From Lama guanicoe (lineage: Eukaryota), in assembly GCA_013239625.1 (NCBI GenBank), contig MU053083.1, forward strand, positions 124,001 to 188,000: a stretch of DNA of 64,000 nucleotides, read 5' to 3'. Below the pieces are notes generated by a model, which worked only from the letters and a program-made list of their open reading frames with translations, did not search any database and was not told where the DNA came from. The translations under genes and the position numbers were made by a program. Below are positions 1 to 13,642 of this stretch, piece after piece. Within the stretch, counting starts at the first letter, position 1; each line of letters opens with the position of its first letter.

Positions 1-483
1 CACTTTCTCCCTGCTCGGCACCTAAAGAACAAAATCCCAAATCAGTAAAGTAAACATTAGTTTTCCTACCTCCCCGCTAACTACTAAACAAACTCTTAAG
101 AAAACCACTTCCGTCTATATGTGCACCGAAAGTTTTCAGACCTTTTCCCCTTTTAAACTTATTTTGCTTTCATAACTTTGCTTCTAGCCTGCAACTGGCA
201 TTGCTCTGCATCGGGGCAGGCTACTGCCACCAGACAGTTGGTAGGCAGACAAAGGATTATCTTCCGTTCAGATAGGAAAAACCCTTAGTAAGTGATTGGG
301 GCGGTGGGGGGAGGCACAAAGGTGTTGTTAAGACCGCTGTTATATAAGGTAAGATACCCAGTACGTTTTTAATGAACCCTTTAAATTACTTACAGATAAG
401 AGGCTGAGGCTTTCAGGCACCAGTTTCGTAAAATCCTCATTACTTTATAAGCCATGGAGCAGAGGGGGAGAGATGGGTGGATA

Positions 484-1044
484 TGTAGGAGACGGGAAGG
501 AGATAAGATGTGGGGCCGGCTGGCACTCTCTAGAGTCATAAAAGCCCCACCCCTGGGCTCTCTGTGTGCCTGGAGCCTACTGACACCTTAACCCCCACTC
601 CCCACTGCAGGACCCTTGGCCTACCTGCATCTCTGCAAGGTAGAAACATCTTCTCTGGATGTGTGTTTACCCTAACAAAGCTAAGCCGCCCCAAGAAATA
701 GCCCCGCTCACAATGCCCTAGGCAGACAGCCCTCATGTCCTGCTATTATCAAAGTCATAAATCCTATTATTCAGAGTTATCCCTAACAGACCTTATAGCC
801 AGTCAGGTACCTGTGCAAGAACTGATCGTGCAGCCCCCTACTCCTTGTGTTCACAGCCCCCTCTCCCCAATAAAAGACCCTGCGTGCCCATCCTCGGGGC
901 TCCCGTAGGCACCCCTCATCTGTGTGGCCCACAGTTGTTGGTAGCAGCGTATCTACTAAACCTCCCCTTTATTCTTAACTCCTCGTGGTCTTTGGTTGTT
1001 GGTAAATTCTTTTACCGCCCGCGACCACTGCGTTGTGGCCCACA
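484..1044 (+). mobile_element. ERV-type LTR in MYO5B intron (left boundary uncertain)
   Basis: AATAAA at 869-874, U5-like tract ending ...TGTGGCCCACA at 1044; possible TG starts at 484 or 509 (TGTGGGGCC, near-inverse of the end); no clean TSD. Confidence 0.55.
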
Positions 1045-1217
1045 ATAGAGAGCTCAGACCTACCGGGCAAAGCTTACAGATTTGAGTTTACTAAATGTAG
1101 ACCCCCTAACATCAGTCCAGCTGCATGTAAGTCGAGGGGTCCTGACTAAAAAGAAGTGTACTCCTGTGCCAAAGTTGTCTGATGTTCATTTAGCTCTGTG
1201 CTGAACTTTGGTTTTAA

Positions 1218-1316
<99 letters not shown>

Positions 1317-1350
1317 TAAATGTTAATTTTATAAAGTCCTAGTCTAAAAC

Positions 1351-1927
1351 TGTTAGAGCAGGCAGATAGCTAGATATGAGCAGAGAAAGTGGAGCACTCA
1401 CCAAATGCAGGAAACCATGTATCATGTAAACAACAGGGGTCCCTGGACAGAGAAAGAAAAGCAGGAATCTCTGGGCTGATAAGCATCACACATTTTGGGG
1501 TGACAAGTGGCCTGGAGGCCGACAAAGAAAGGTAGGAAAAGGCAGGAATCTCTTGTGTCCCAGTATAACCTTTGGCTCAATATACCCTCATTACAATCAG
1601 ATTAGCCTTGCAGATTAGAAGTCCCCATCTTGCACCAACGCCATGACACTTTTGATCCAGACTAAATAAGGACAAAAATCCCTCCCCACTTCGGGAAGGC
1701 GAAGTTGGGATGAAAATCAGGGAATGTGACTCTTCCACCCATTAATTTTTACTCTCTATGTAACCAGCTTGCCAAAGAAACTCAGGGCAGTGGCTCCCCT
1801 GGGCCCGCCCGCTCTCCCCTTGAGAGTGTACTATCCATCCCTTAGCAAATCCTCGCTTTACTTTCTTAACCTTCCTGTCTCGTCTCTGAATTCTTTCTGC
1901 GGCAAGACAAGAACCTACTCTTCAACA
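1351..1927 (+). mobile_element. Solo ERV1-type LTR in last MYO5B intron
   Basis: TGTTAGAG...TTCAACA termini, near 4-bp TSD AAAC/GAAC, starts 44 nt into the intron. Confidence 0.75.
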
Positions 1928-2849
1928 GAACGAATAAAGAGAATTGAAAGTTTAGATTTTAACCTTGCTTCTCTTAAATACTGACCACATTATATTCTAG
2001 AAGACCTTACGTTCTTAGGTGTTCTCCTTGGGTAAATATGAATTAAACCACCCATGACTAACTTATTATGTATACACGGAAGACTGAACTTTAATCATCT
2101 CTGCCTCAGATTTTAGGCATGGTCTAAGTATTGTTTCATTTGCCACGAGCATGTTACTACTAAACTATGGCACAAAATGGATTTAGCAAAGTAAGCAGAG
2201 TATCAACCCTACCCACAGAGGGATCTAAGAAATAATCTTTCAGGAAAACAACTTGAGCTCATAAATCTTGATTCTAAGACTTATCTGCCCTTAGGAGTAG
2301 CCTTGAAAGAAAACATTAGGGAAATGACCATTTAAATCTATCTTAAGAGTATAGGGATTTCTACTTAAGGATGAGTTTCCTAGGATGTGCGCCTAACCTT
2401 TATGTGTGACTGCAGCTGACAGCATCTAAGTGATGAGTCACGTCAAGATTACTCAAAAAACAGTGAACATTTCTCCTACTAGTATATGTGGGTAGCACCT
2501 TGAGGAGACAATGCTTTCTCAAACTTACAAAACAACTTCTTTAGCCAGTGAAGTTATTGCCAGCATGAAATAGGGATAAAAAGAAGTGAGTTAAAGGCAG
2601 CAGGAGACGGGGGAAAGAGTAAATTAACTTTAGCATCATGTGTAAGTAGAGAATAGAGGCCAACGGTCAAGGGAGGGCTGCCAGTCAGGTGGAAGTTTGT
2701 CCTCTTAAGTCGCTATGTAAATAGTTGCCAGCGTGTGTCAAATTCTTTACTTCCTAGAACTTTCTGAAATGTTTTTTCTGACTATTTTTGATCCGTGATT
2801 TGTTCAATCTACAGATGTGGAACCTGTAGATACAGAGGGCTGACTGTAA

Positions 2850-3830
2850 TTCCCCTTCATTCTTGAAAGTTTTGCCAGATAGAGAATTTTTGGTTGACTG
2901 AAAGAAGAAATTTCAGGATTTCAAATATATCACTGCCTTCTGGCAAGAAATTCGCTCTTAATCTTATCGAGGGGACCTTGCCATTTGATGAGTCACTTCT
3001 CTCTTGCTGCTTTTGAGATTTCTTCTTTGTGGCTGGGGTTTGATCATTTAGTGTGGATCTTGTTGAGTTTATTCTGCTTGGAGTTTGTTGAGCTTCTTGG
3101 AGATATATACGGCTTTCATCAGATTTGGGAATCTAGCCACTATTTCTTCAAATATTTTGCTGTCTCATTCTCTTTCTAGGACTCTTAGTGATGTCTATGT
3201 TGGGACACTTTATGGTGTCCCACAGGTCTTTCAGACTCTGTGCACTTTTATTTCATTCTTTTTTCTATCTATTCCTCAAACTGGAGAATTTTAGTTGCTT
3301 TATCTTCAAGTCCATGGGTCATTTCTTCTGCCTGCTCAAGTCTGCTGTTGGACCCCTTTAATAAACTGCAATTTTTCATTTTAGTTATTACATTTTTCCT
3401 ACATTATCTGGTTCCAAGTAGAGGGGGAGGGGCTCTGTCCCTTTAAATCTTCTAATTGATGCCACTGGAGGAAGTCACTGCATCCCAAGAGAGCCAAAAA
3501 TCAAGGCAGGCCTCTGTGCCAATCCTTCAGGGAGCCACCAGACCAAAGTGTACAAACCCAAGTGTTTGGAGGCCAAGGCCTCACTGCCTGCCCTGATAAC
3601 AGCCAGCTGCTCTAGGACTACAGCTGCCGTGGGGCTGGAAGCTGGTTCATGCACATTGCTCTCGTATTAGCAAAGATCAGCACTCTCCTGGTTGTTTTCA
3701 GTGTCCAGTGAGCTTCCAGATTTCCCAAACAGGGGGTGCCAGTTGCTCTTTCCAGCTCAGTGTTTGCGCCAGTGGAGGCACTGACTCCTAGAGGTTCCTG
3801 CTCTGTCATTTTGTGTGATATCACTCTCCC
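2850..3830 (-). mobile_element. Old degraded L1 fragment
   Basis: T-rich antisense L1 ORF1/5'-like sequence, no intact frame. Confidence 0.55.
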
Positions 3831-4197
3831 CTTTTCTTTTAACAGATGGGGAAACTGAGGCATCGTAAGGTTCGAGAACTTGCCCAGGGCAGTGCCAGGA
3901 TTAGAGCTCGGCTTATCTGCCTGCAGAGCCCCTGACCTTAACCCCTTCACCATATTGCCTCTCCACATGATTTCTACCTGAAGTGTATTTTCTCCCTTAG
4001 ATGGAAAAAAATTTTTAAAGTATGCTAGAATTAGGAGGCAAGTTAGTCATCTGACTTCCAGCAAGCCTAAACCAGGGCTTCTCTCCTTGCTGAATACCAG
4101 GGAGAGGGAGACCACATTCTCCTGAAAGCCTCCCTATCTTAACAGAAATACTTCTGTGATTCGCTTTTGTGGAGTCACCAGAACTGGCTCTCTTTAG

Positions 4198-4389
<192 letters not shown>

Positions 4390-4574
4390 AAATGCGCATT
4401 TCCAGCTTTGGCTCGATTGCCAGTGGGAGCAAGAAGGAAGCATATAGTACAGGAAAGCAAATTTAAGGATCTGTCAAATCTATAAAAGTAGATCAAATTA
4501 GAGGTCGAGAGCCTGTGCAGAGTGAACTATACAGAATAAGACATCTGTCATTATATTTTGTACCTACTGCTCAG

Positions 4575-4580
4575 AATAAA
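4575..4580 (+). terminator. Candidate proximal poly(A) signal of MYO5B
   Basis: AATAAA ~185 nt after stop, upstream TGTA at 4559-4562, T-run downstream. Confidence 0.5.
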
Positions 4581-7500
4581 AACACTTGAAATATGGAAGA
4601 TTTTTTTTAAAGTATGATTGCAGTCTAAACAAATACACATCCTAATCTACAGCCACCAGGTAGTCCCCACGGCAATACAGAAGGTGGCAGTTTATAAAAT
4701 CAAAACTGCCTAACTTTGATCTTTGCATATAACTGGAGAATGTCCAAAGTAAAATGATACTAAAAGTCACATAAATTGCCTTCAGAGGACTTTTTAATAA
4801 ACAACGGTACTAATAATCATGGCACTGTCCTACAGCAAGCGACATTTCCCCATGTCAACGAACCAGAGGTGTGGACGGGTTTACGTGGAGACGTTCTGAG
4901 GATAAAAATACAGGCCTGGTCCTTTTGAGAAGTTTCCCAAAGGTATTTTTTAATGCCCAGTGATGCAGAGACAATGATGTAACTGACCTCCAGGCTAAAC
5001 AGGTTGATGATTGGTTTCTGAAGCAAAATTAGAAGACTCAGCCCTTAATGTGCTCAAACCTATTTGTGTAGTTGTGGATTTATAGAGGAGTTATTTATGC
5101 TAAAAATGCTGCTGCCCCAAACTTAACATTTGAGCAAATAGAAAGATATCCTTGATGGTTTCCAGTGCTAGTCCCTGCACTTACTGGATCAACAGAACTT
5201 TCACAAAACTATGTACGTGAAATGTTAGAAAAGAATAACTCATTTGACTTAACAGATTAAAAACCAGACAAGTCAGTATGAAAGCCTTTAAATCCCTTAA
5301 TGCCGTTACACCTCCAACAAGAACATCACAAAATGCACCAGTAATTCCAGATAATCCAAATAGTAAAGGCAAACCAGCTTCACCTTAAGGATCAGACTCT
5401 CTGAAAAGCCAGTTTAAATTACTACTCCAAAGCTTGGGAGGGTTGTTGTTTTGTTTGTTTGGTGTATGTGCTCTTTTTAAAGAGAGAATTGTTTACGTCA
5501 ACTTTCCCTTTTCAGGCTATTTTCAACGTTTTTCAAATTTACCAAAAAAAAATTGTAAGTCTCTCTGCTTTTGAAATAAGGATTAAAAAGGAGTATTCAA
5601 CTGATGTACAACAGATTTTATGTGTTTTCTGCTTTTATCATTTTTTGTCTCCTCAAAAGCAGGCATTCAATTAGAAAAGCCTACATACTGTTTACACCCC
5701 TTTTTTTTTTAACTATTTTTTCCATATTTCTGGTAGATAACAGTATGCTGCTCCCATGACAGGAACAGACAGTGTTTGCAAACCACAGAAGAGCCTCTAT
5801 GTTTTATCAAGATAGGATTTCTCCACAAAGTGCAAGTAGAACCTACACCCCCTCACCTTCTTTAATCAGCCCCTCAACTTAAAAGGCTGCTGGAAACACG
5901 CACACTGAGCCCTTAACAGCCGTGTGCAGGCGCCCTCACAGCCTGGCTTCCCCGCCATCCTCCCCGCCCACCCAGCGGACACCGCTGCCCACCGCGTCCC
6001 AGCCAGTGTCGTGTCCCGGCTAGTGTCCGAGGTGGCGCTGTCCCCTCTGCCTCCGCACGGAGCCCCCGGCTTCTCTGGGCGCTGCGCAGAAATGCACGCT
6101 CCCTCCCGTCCCAGCTACAGCCGCATAACGTGACATTGTGACCCACACCCTCCAACCCACATGCTCACTTGCTTTGGCCGCCTGTCTAAAACATTGGCGT
6201 CCGTGGCTACCTCTTCTTAAAGCTGTTTATTATGGATAATTTGCTTTTTACTGCACTTTAGTTTAAAATTATTCTCATGTAAGGCCTGTCCTTAATCTTC
6301 AAGAGAACCAAAAATGCGTTGTTAGAGTGGTGACTCCATAAATGCACTGGCTTCCTGTCCTTCCCTGCTCTATACTGTCATCCTCTCCCTCCCTCAGGGT
6401 CACTGCCTCCCTGCTGTCACTGCTTCATCACTGGGCACCAAGGATTTACAGAATAAAAGCTTGGTGATGAGAATAAACGGGGTGGGGGGACGTTATGAAT
6501 AATCCTCTACTTGGCCTGGGAAATGGCAGGTGTAGGTCTCCTCTTCCGAAGGTAAAGGTTTTTCACTGGAGCTGCGCTTTATACTTAAAAACAGTCCTTT
6601 ATAGACACTAACAATAAAGGAATATAGTAATTGGTTACTTAATGTTGAGACCTGCCCCGTTTAAACACTTGGAAACTGAAAAAAAAAAAGCTGTAATAAT
6701 CTTTTGTTAGCATTTTTCTTTGCATTTTTTTTAAAGTCAGTTCAACTGAAAACATTTTCCAAGTTCATGAAATCAATGACTTTTGATTTAAACAACTTTA
6801 ACATAAAGGTTTGAATTCTATACCAAATATCTGCATTTTTTAGTATTTAAAATTTAGTTGACTCTTTTCTCACCGTGTGCCTTTAGCAGTTACCAAGATA
6901 ACTGACTTAATCAGTTCTCCGAAGTCTTGCTGTGTGAAGAATTTTCCTGTTCCACATATCATGGTGGAGTTTTGATTTGTCTTTTGAAACATTAGAATTG
7001 TAAACATTAATCTATAAATATTTGATTCTCAAGTAAACAACTTGTGTGTTAAGTATTACACGGGACCTACGTGTTTACCTAGTGTCTTGTGTGTTAGGTA
7101 CATATTAATAATTGTTACTGAAGCTGACAAGCACATCACCCACATGCATTCTTCCTGTGCCATCACAGCTGCAGTTAGATGTAGTACCCGGCCAGCAGAT
7201 CAGACCCAAAGGAAAACAGACTTTCTCCCCCTTTTTATGAGGCATGTTAATAGAATTTTCTTTCCTTGATTTCCCTATACTAAATGTTAAGGCTTTTGTT
7301 TGGGGAAAAAAAAAAAGACAAAACCAGGAACTTGGAAAACTTAGAAAAAAATTAACACTGCTACCTACCATCAATTCATCAAATATTTACTTAGAGTCTG
7401 TCTTAGTGCATTAAGGTTATAGTAACAGATTAATTAGAATCCCTTGCTTTCACATATAGTAAACTTAATTGTTTTCATACATTTGACCTAATTCTAAGGC

Positions 7501-8074
7501 AGCAGGGGAAACCAAAGTCGAAGCACTTGTATAAGACCTATATGACTCAACAGCATGGGGCAGGCCCCTTTAGTTTTTCATCATAGAATATTTCTCTGCA
7601 GTCAGTTTCTCTAATTTGCTGCATGAGCCATAATCTACTTTTTGTACACACTGGTGCCATGGTTAGAAAATTAGGGGGTGTAGAAAATTAGAGGTTGATG
7701 CCAATGACAATAAAACATAGGACTTCTTTCCTTATTATAAAGGTCATTAGATATTGAAATTGTTTTTCAAAAAAATTTCTAATTCTCACAAAGGGGATCA
7801 ATCAAAAATGAATTTAAGATACTTTCTAAAGTGACACTGGATCAGAATAATCCAGACTTGAATATAACATTTGCTACCAACTGACGTTTAGATGAAGGAC
7901 TGCTTCACGGAAGGGGTTCACATCGTATTCAGGGGTTAATCTAACAATGTAGAAGAAATACTACTGATAAAAATATTTTTTCCATTTTGAACAAATCTGT
8001 AAACTACATCTTTGTTTATAAAAATTGCTTGTATTAGTCATTGTAATATTCAGTTGTGGATAAAAATTTGTGGA

Positions 8075-8094
8075 AATAAATACTTTTGAATAAA
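8075..8094 (+). terminator. Distal tandem poly(A) signals of MYO5B
   Basis: Two AATAAA hexamers 14 nt apart with several upstream TGTA and a downstream T-rich tract. Confidence 0.7.
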
Positions 8095-8596
8095 GTGGTG
8101 TGAAAAATTTAAATGAAATTTAAAACTCTAAACATATTGGCTGAAAAGTTTTTTTTTTAATGCTTTCCTAAGATACTTTATCCAGGGGCCTGTACTCATA
8201 CATTGTGATCATTTAAAGCCAGGGGTTGGCTAACTAGAGCCTGCACGCTAGGGGTAGAGGGAAACTTGCCCTGTAAAACAAGACTGACTGAGCTACACAA
8301 GTCAAACAAGACAGTTTCTGGTGTAGTGGACCAATGGAATAGAACAGAGCCCAGAGGTAGACTCATGAGTAACTTTGAATATGGTAAAGATGGCAATGAA
8401 AAAATCAGTGAGAATATTTACAAGATGTGTATGGAGGAAATTATAAGTGAAAAACATTAACAGTGACATTGAAAAATGGGAGAACTTTGTTTCACGGATA
8501 AGACAGCATAGCACAAAACTGTCAGCTGTCCCCAGGTTGGTCTATAGATTAAAAACAACCTCACTATGTTTTTTTTTAGTGAAAATTGACAAGACC

Positions 8597-11500
8597 AGCA
8601 GGGCTTAATTACAGGAGCGCCATGGGACTGGGAGAAATAAGAGACTTCATTCTCTTGGGGAGTGCACACAGAATCTCGTGTGTCCCGGGACCAAGGGCAG
8701 AGGCAGTGATTTCATAGGAACTTAGGCCAGACCTGCCTGCTGGTCTTGGAAGGTCTGGGGAGGTCGGGGTGGGGGGTGGGCAGCTGTGGCTCACCCTGAG
8801 GACATAAAAGCTGGTGGTGGACATTCAGGGAGTAGTCATCTACATGAGCTTTCCTGGATGCTGACTTCTTGCTTGGGTCATTAATGCCAAAACCTAGCCC
8901 CACTCAATAGCCTGTAGGCTTCAGTGCTGAGATGCCTCTGGGTGGGAACACCAGCAAACTTCCTGAGCTCATAGCCAATGCTAAACACCCCTGGACACGG
9001 CCCTGCCCACCACAGGGCCAGGACTCAGTTTCACCCATCACTGGGCAGGCACCAACCCCTCCTGCCAGGAAACCTGCACAAGCTTCCAGTCCAGCTTCAT
9101 CCACCAGGGGCCAGACACCAAAAGTAAGAAAACAACAATCCCACAGCCTGTGGAAGGAGTCGCAAACATGGGCCAGACTCTACCCTGGGACCAGCTGGAC
9201 CTGGGCCCTTGGGTGATGAGAGGGGAGTGCCCTGCCGGGATGCATAGGATGGCTCATATAGAGGGCCGCTTCTCCAAGGTCAAGAAACATAACTAACCTA
9301 CATAAAAATACAAATAGAAATTTAAACAAAACAAGGCAGCAGAGGAATATGTTCCAGGCAAAGGCACAAGATAAAAGCCCAGAAGAAGAAAAAGGTAATG
9401 AAAAGATAGGCAATCTAAGAGAGAGTTCAGAGTAATGATCGTGAAGATGATCAGAGACCTTGGGAGGAGAACAGATGCACAGAGCCAAGTTTTTAGCAAA
9501 GAGTGAGAAAATATAAAGAACCACCAAACAGACTGAAGAATACTATTACTGGAATGAATAATACACTAGAAGTAACCAAGAATAGACTAAATGAGGCAGA
9601 AGAATGGATCAGTGAGCTAGAAGGCGGAGTAGTATAAATCACTACCACAGAACAGAAAACAGAAAGAAAGAATGAAAAGAAACGAGGACAGTTTAAGGGA
9701 ACTCTGAGACAACATGAAGAGCACTAATATTCGCATTATAGGGATCCCAGAAAGAGAAGAAAGAAAGAATCTGAAAAAGTATCTAAAGAGATAATAGCTG
9801 AAAACTTCCCTAACTTGGGAAAGGAAACAGTCATCCAAGTCCACATTAACAAACTGAAGAATAAAAACCATACAATCATCTCGCTAGATGCAGAAAAATT
9901 TCTGACAAAATTCAACATCCATTTATGGTTAAAAAAGCAAACAAAAAACACCTCTTCAGAAAGCAGGCCTAGAGGGAGCATACCTCAACATAATAAAGGT
10001 CATGTATGACAAACCCACAGCTAACATCATACTCAATGGTGAAAACCTGAAAGCATTTCCTCTAAGATCAGGAACAAGACAATGATGCCCTCTCTTGCCA
10101 TTTTTATCCAACATAGTTTCAGAAGTCCTAGCCACAGCAGTCAGAGAAGAAGAAGAAAGGAAAGGAATCCAAATTGGAAAAGAAGAAGTAAAACTGTCCC
10201 TATTTGCAGATGACATGATACTACATAGAAAATCCTGAGACAAGATACCACCAGAAAACTACTAGAGCTCATCAATGAATTCAGTAAAGTTGCAGGATAC
10301 AAAATTAATACACAGAAGTCTGTTTCATTTCTATACACTAACAATAAAATATCAGGAAGAGAAATTAAGAAAGCAATCCCATTTACCATTGCATTGCATC
10401 AAAAAGAATAAAGTAACCTAGGAGTAAACCTACCTAAGGAGGCAAAGGACCTGGACTCTGGAAACTGTAAGATACTGATGAAAGAAACTGAAGGTGACAT
10501 AAACAGATGGAAAGATACACCATTTTCTCAGAGTGGAAGAATCAATACTGTTAAAGTGGACATACTACCCAAGGCAATCTACAGATTCAATGCAATCCCA
10601 ATCAAATAATCAATGGCCTTTTTCACAGAACTGGAACGAGAAAAATTAAAATTTGTATGGAAATACAAAAGATCTCAATTAGACAAAACAATCTTGAGAA
10701 AGAAGAATGGAGCTAGAGGAATCACACTCCCTGGCTTCAGACTATACTGTAGCTATGTACTAATCAAAACAGTGTGGTGCTGGCATAAAAACAGACAGGT
10801 CACCAGAACAGGACTGGACAGCTACATGTAAAAGAACAAAATTAGAACATTTTCTAACACCAAATACAAAACAAGCTCAAAATGCATTAAAGGCCTAAAT
10901 GTAAGACTAGATACGATAAAAATCCTAAAGGAAAACATAGGCAGAACACTCTTAGACATAAATCATAGCAATATTTTTTATGTATCAGCTCCTAAAGTAA
11001 TGGAAATAAAAACAAAAATAAACAAATGGGACCTAATTAAACTCAAAAGCTTTTGTCCAGCAAAGGAAACAATAAACAAATTTAAGCAACCACCTACAGA
11101 ATGGGAGAAAATATTTGCTAATGATGCAACTAACAAGAGACTAGTTTCCAAAATATACAAATAGCCCATACAGCTTAACAGCAAAATGAACAAGCAACCC
11201 AACCAAAAAATGGGCAGAAGACCTAAACAAACATTTCTCTAATGAAGACATACAAACGGCCAATACACACATGAAAAATGCTCAATATTGCTAATTATCA
11301 GAGAAAGGCAAATCAAAACTACAATGAAGTGTCACCTCTCACTGGTTACAATAGTCATTATGAAGAAGCACACTACAAATAATAAATGCAAAGAGCACTG
11401 TGGAGAGAAAGGAACCCTCTGACACTGTTAATGAGAATGTAACTTGGTGCAGCCACTACAGAGAAAAGTATGGAGGTTCCTTAAAAAACTAAAAATATAC

Positions 11501-12098
11501 TTACCATATGATCCAGCAATCCCACTCCTGGGCATTTATCAGTAGAAAATTCTAGTTTGACAAGACAGATGCACCCCAGTGTTCTCAGCACTTTTACAAT
11601 AGCCAAGATGTAAGCATCCTAAACGTCCATCAACAGATGAACGGATAAAGAAAATTGTGGTCCTGCCATAAAAAAAGAATGAAATAATGCCACTTGCAGC
11701 AACATGAATGGACCTGGACATCATCATACTAAGTGAATACAGCGAAAGACAAATATATGATATCACTTATATGTGGAATCTAAAAACATGACACATATGA
11801 GCTTATTTATAAAACAGAGACTCATAGACATAGAAAATTTATGGTTACCAGAGGGTAAAGAGGGGAGGAGGGACAAATTGGGATACATTGGGAGTTTGGG
11901 ATTAGCTGATACAAACTACTATGGACAGAGTAGATAAACAGCAAGGTCCTACTGTATAGCACAGGGACCTATATTCAATAACTTGTAGTAGCCTGTAATG
12001 AAAAAGAATATGAAAAAGAATATATATATTCTTTTTCTGAGTCACTATGCTGTACACCAGAAATTAATACAACACTGTAAATGGACTATACTTCAATT
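8597..12098 (+). mobile_element. L1 with 5' UTR, ORF1 remnant, large internal deletion, ORF2 RT/C-terminal remnant and 3' UTR
   Basis: GC-richer 5' UTR 8600-9250; ORF1-like coiled-coil region to ~9840 fused to ORF2 'HINKLKNKNHTIISLDAEK'; LFADDM motif near 10200; 3' end ...TATACTTCAATT. Confidence 0.85.
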
Positions 12099-12137
12099 GA
12101 AAAAGAGAAAGACCCATATCAAAAAAAAAAAAGTGTG

Positions 12138-13449
12138 CTTAATGGCAATAGGCACTTGAGAAAATGCTCAATATCACTAATTATCACCGAAGTGCAAATC
12201 AAAACTACAATGAAGTACCACCTTATACCATTCAGAATGGCCATCATTGAAAAGTCCATGAATAATAAATGCTAGAGAAGTTGTGGAGAAAAGGGAACCC
12301 TCCTACACTGCTGGTGGGAATGTAGTTTGGGGCAGCCATTATGGAAAACAGTGTGGAGGCTCCTCAAAAAACTAAAAATTGACTTACCATGTGACCCAAC
12401 AATCCCACTTCTGGGCATATATCTGGAGGGAACTCTAATTCAAAAAGATAAATGCACCCCAATGTTCACAGCAGCACTGTATACAACAGCCAAGACATGG
12501 AAACAACCGAAAAGTCCATCGACAGACGACTGGATAAAGATGTGGTATATTTATACGATGGAATATTATCCAGCCATAAAAAGAATAAAACAAAGCCATT
12601 TGCAGCAGCGTGAATGGATCTAGAGATTGTCATTCTAAGTGAAGTAAGCCAGAAAGAGAAAGAAAAATACCATAGGATATCATTCATATGTGGAATCTAA
12701 AAGAAAAAAGAAAAAAAAGACACTATGAACTCATCTACAAAACAGAAACAGACTCACAGACATTAGTAAATAATCTTATGGTTATCAGAGAAAAGGGGTA
12801 GGAAGGGATAAATTTGGGAGTTTGAGATTTACGAATGTTGGCCACTATATAGAAAAATAATTTTAAGTTTCTGCTGTATAGCACAAGGAACTAGTTTCAA
12901 TATCTTGTAATAATCTTTAATGAAAAAGAATATGAAAACGAACATATGTTATGTATATGGGTTACGGAAATGACAGGCCAGCCAAGAAACAAGCACCACT
13001 TGGAGGGTTGGAGTACTCAGATTTATTACACTGGCGGGCTCAGAGGGGCTTCTGCTCCGAAGCTCTGAGCATCTCTAAGCTGTGTGCGTGAGGCTTTACA
13101 GGGTTAATTACAAGCTTGGGGTTTTCAGCCAATAGGCATGGAACAGCTTTAGCAGCATCATTATCACAAAAGCAGAGGCAGGGATGCAGCAAACCAACAT
13201 TTCAAGGCCAAATATGTCTCTCTGAAAATCCAGCTGGCTAGCAAAAAACATGAGCAGGGAATCAGCAAACCGACACTTAGTAACTTAGGTTTAAGAGTTA
13301 GCCCAGCAGAACTCAGATCAGTAATCCGACACTTGTTACACTTAAGATATACGAGTAGGCCCAGCCCGGCTTTTTCTTCACATGTGCATGACTAGGACAT
13401 TGTGTTGTACACCAGAAATTGATACGTTGTAAATGACGGTACTTCAATT
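12138..13449 (+). mobile_element. Young 5'-truncated L1 (ORF2 end + 3' UTR), interrupted by an LTR
   Basis: TSD (A)10GTGTG at 12123-12137 and 13450-13464; ORF2 C-terminal peptide [19 protein letters not shown]. Confidence 0.9.
12960..13380 (-). mobile_element. Solo LTR nested in L1 3' UTR
   Basis: L1 sequence resumes on both sides; minus-strand TG start at 13380, minus AATAAA 13022-13027, near TSD TATG/CATG. Confidence 0.8.
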
Positions 13450-13464
13450 AAAAAAAAAAGTGTG

Positions 13465-13642
13465 ATCGATTTCATGTGCCTTCCTTAACCAAAATCACAG
13501 GTACACTGAACTTCCCCCCTTACCTCTTTGGAGCAGATACTCAGAGCTATCTGAAATGCTGTCCCCTGGGCTATAGTCCTCACTTTGCCCCAATAAAATT
13601 TAACTTACAACTTTCATGTTGTGCAATTTTATTTCAGTTGAC
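13465..13642 (+). mobile_element. 3' part of an ERV1-type LTR
   Basis: CCAATAAA then ...TTTCAGTTGACA terminus. Confidence 0.55.

Larger units (their letters stand above)
4390..8115 (+). other. MYO5B: MYO5B long 3' UTR
   Basis: Follows stop codon; largely repeat-free AT-rich sequence ending at tandem AATAAA 8075-8080 and 8089-8094; end inferred. Confidence 0.75.
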
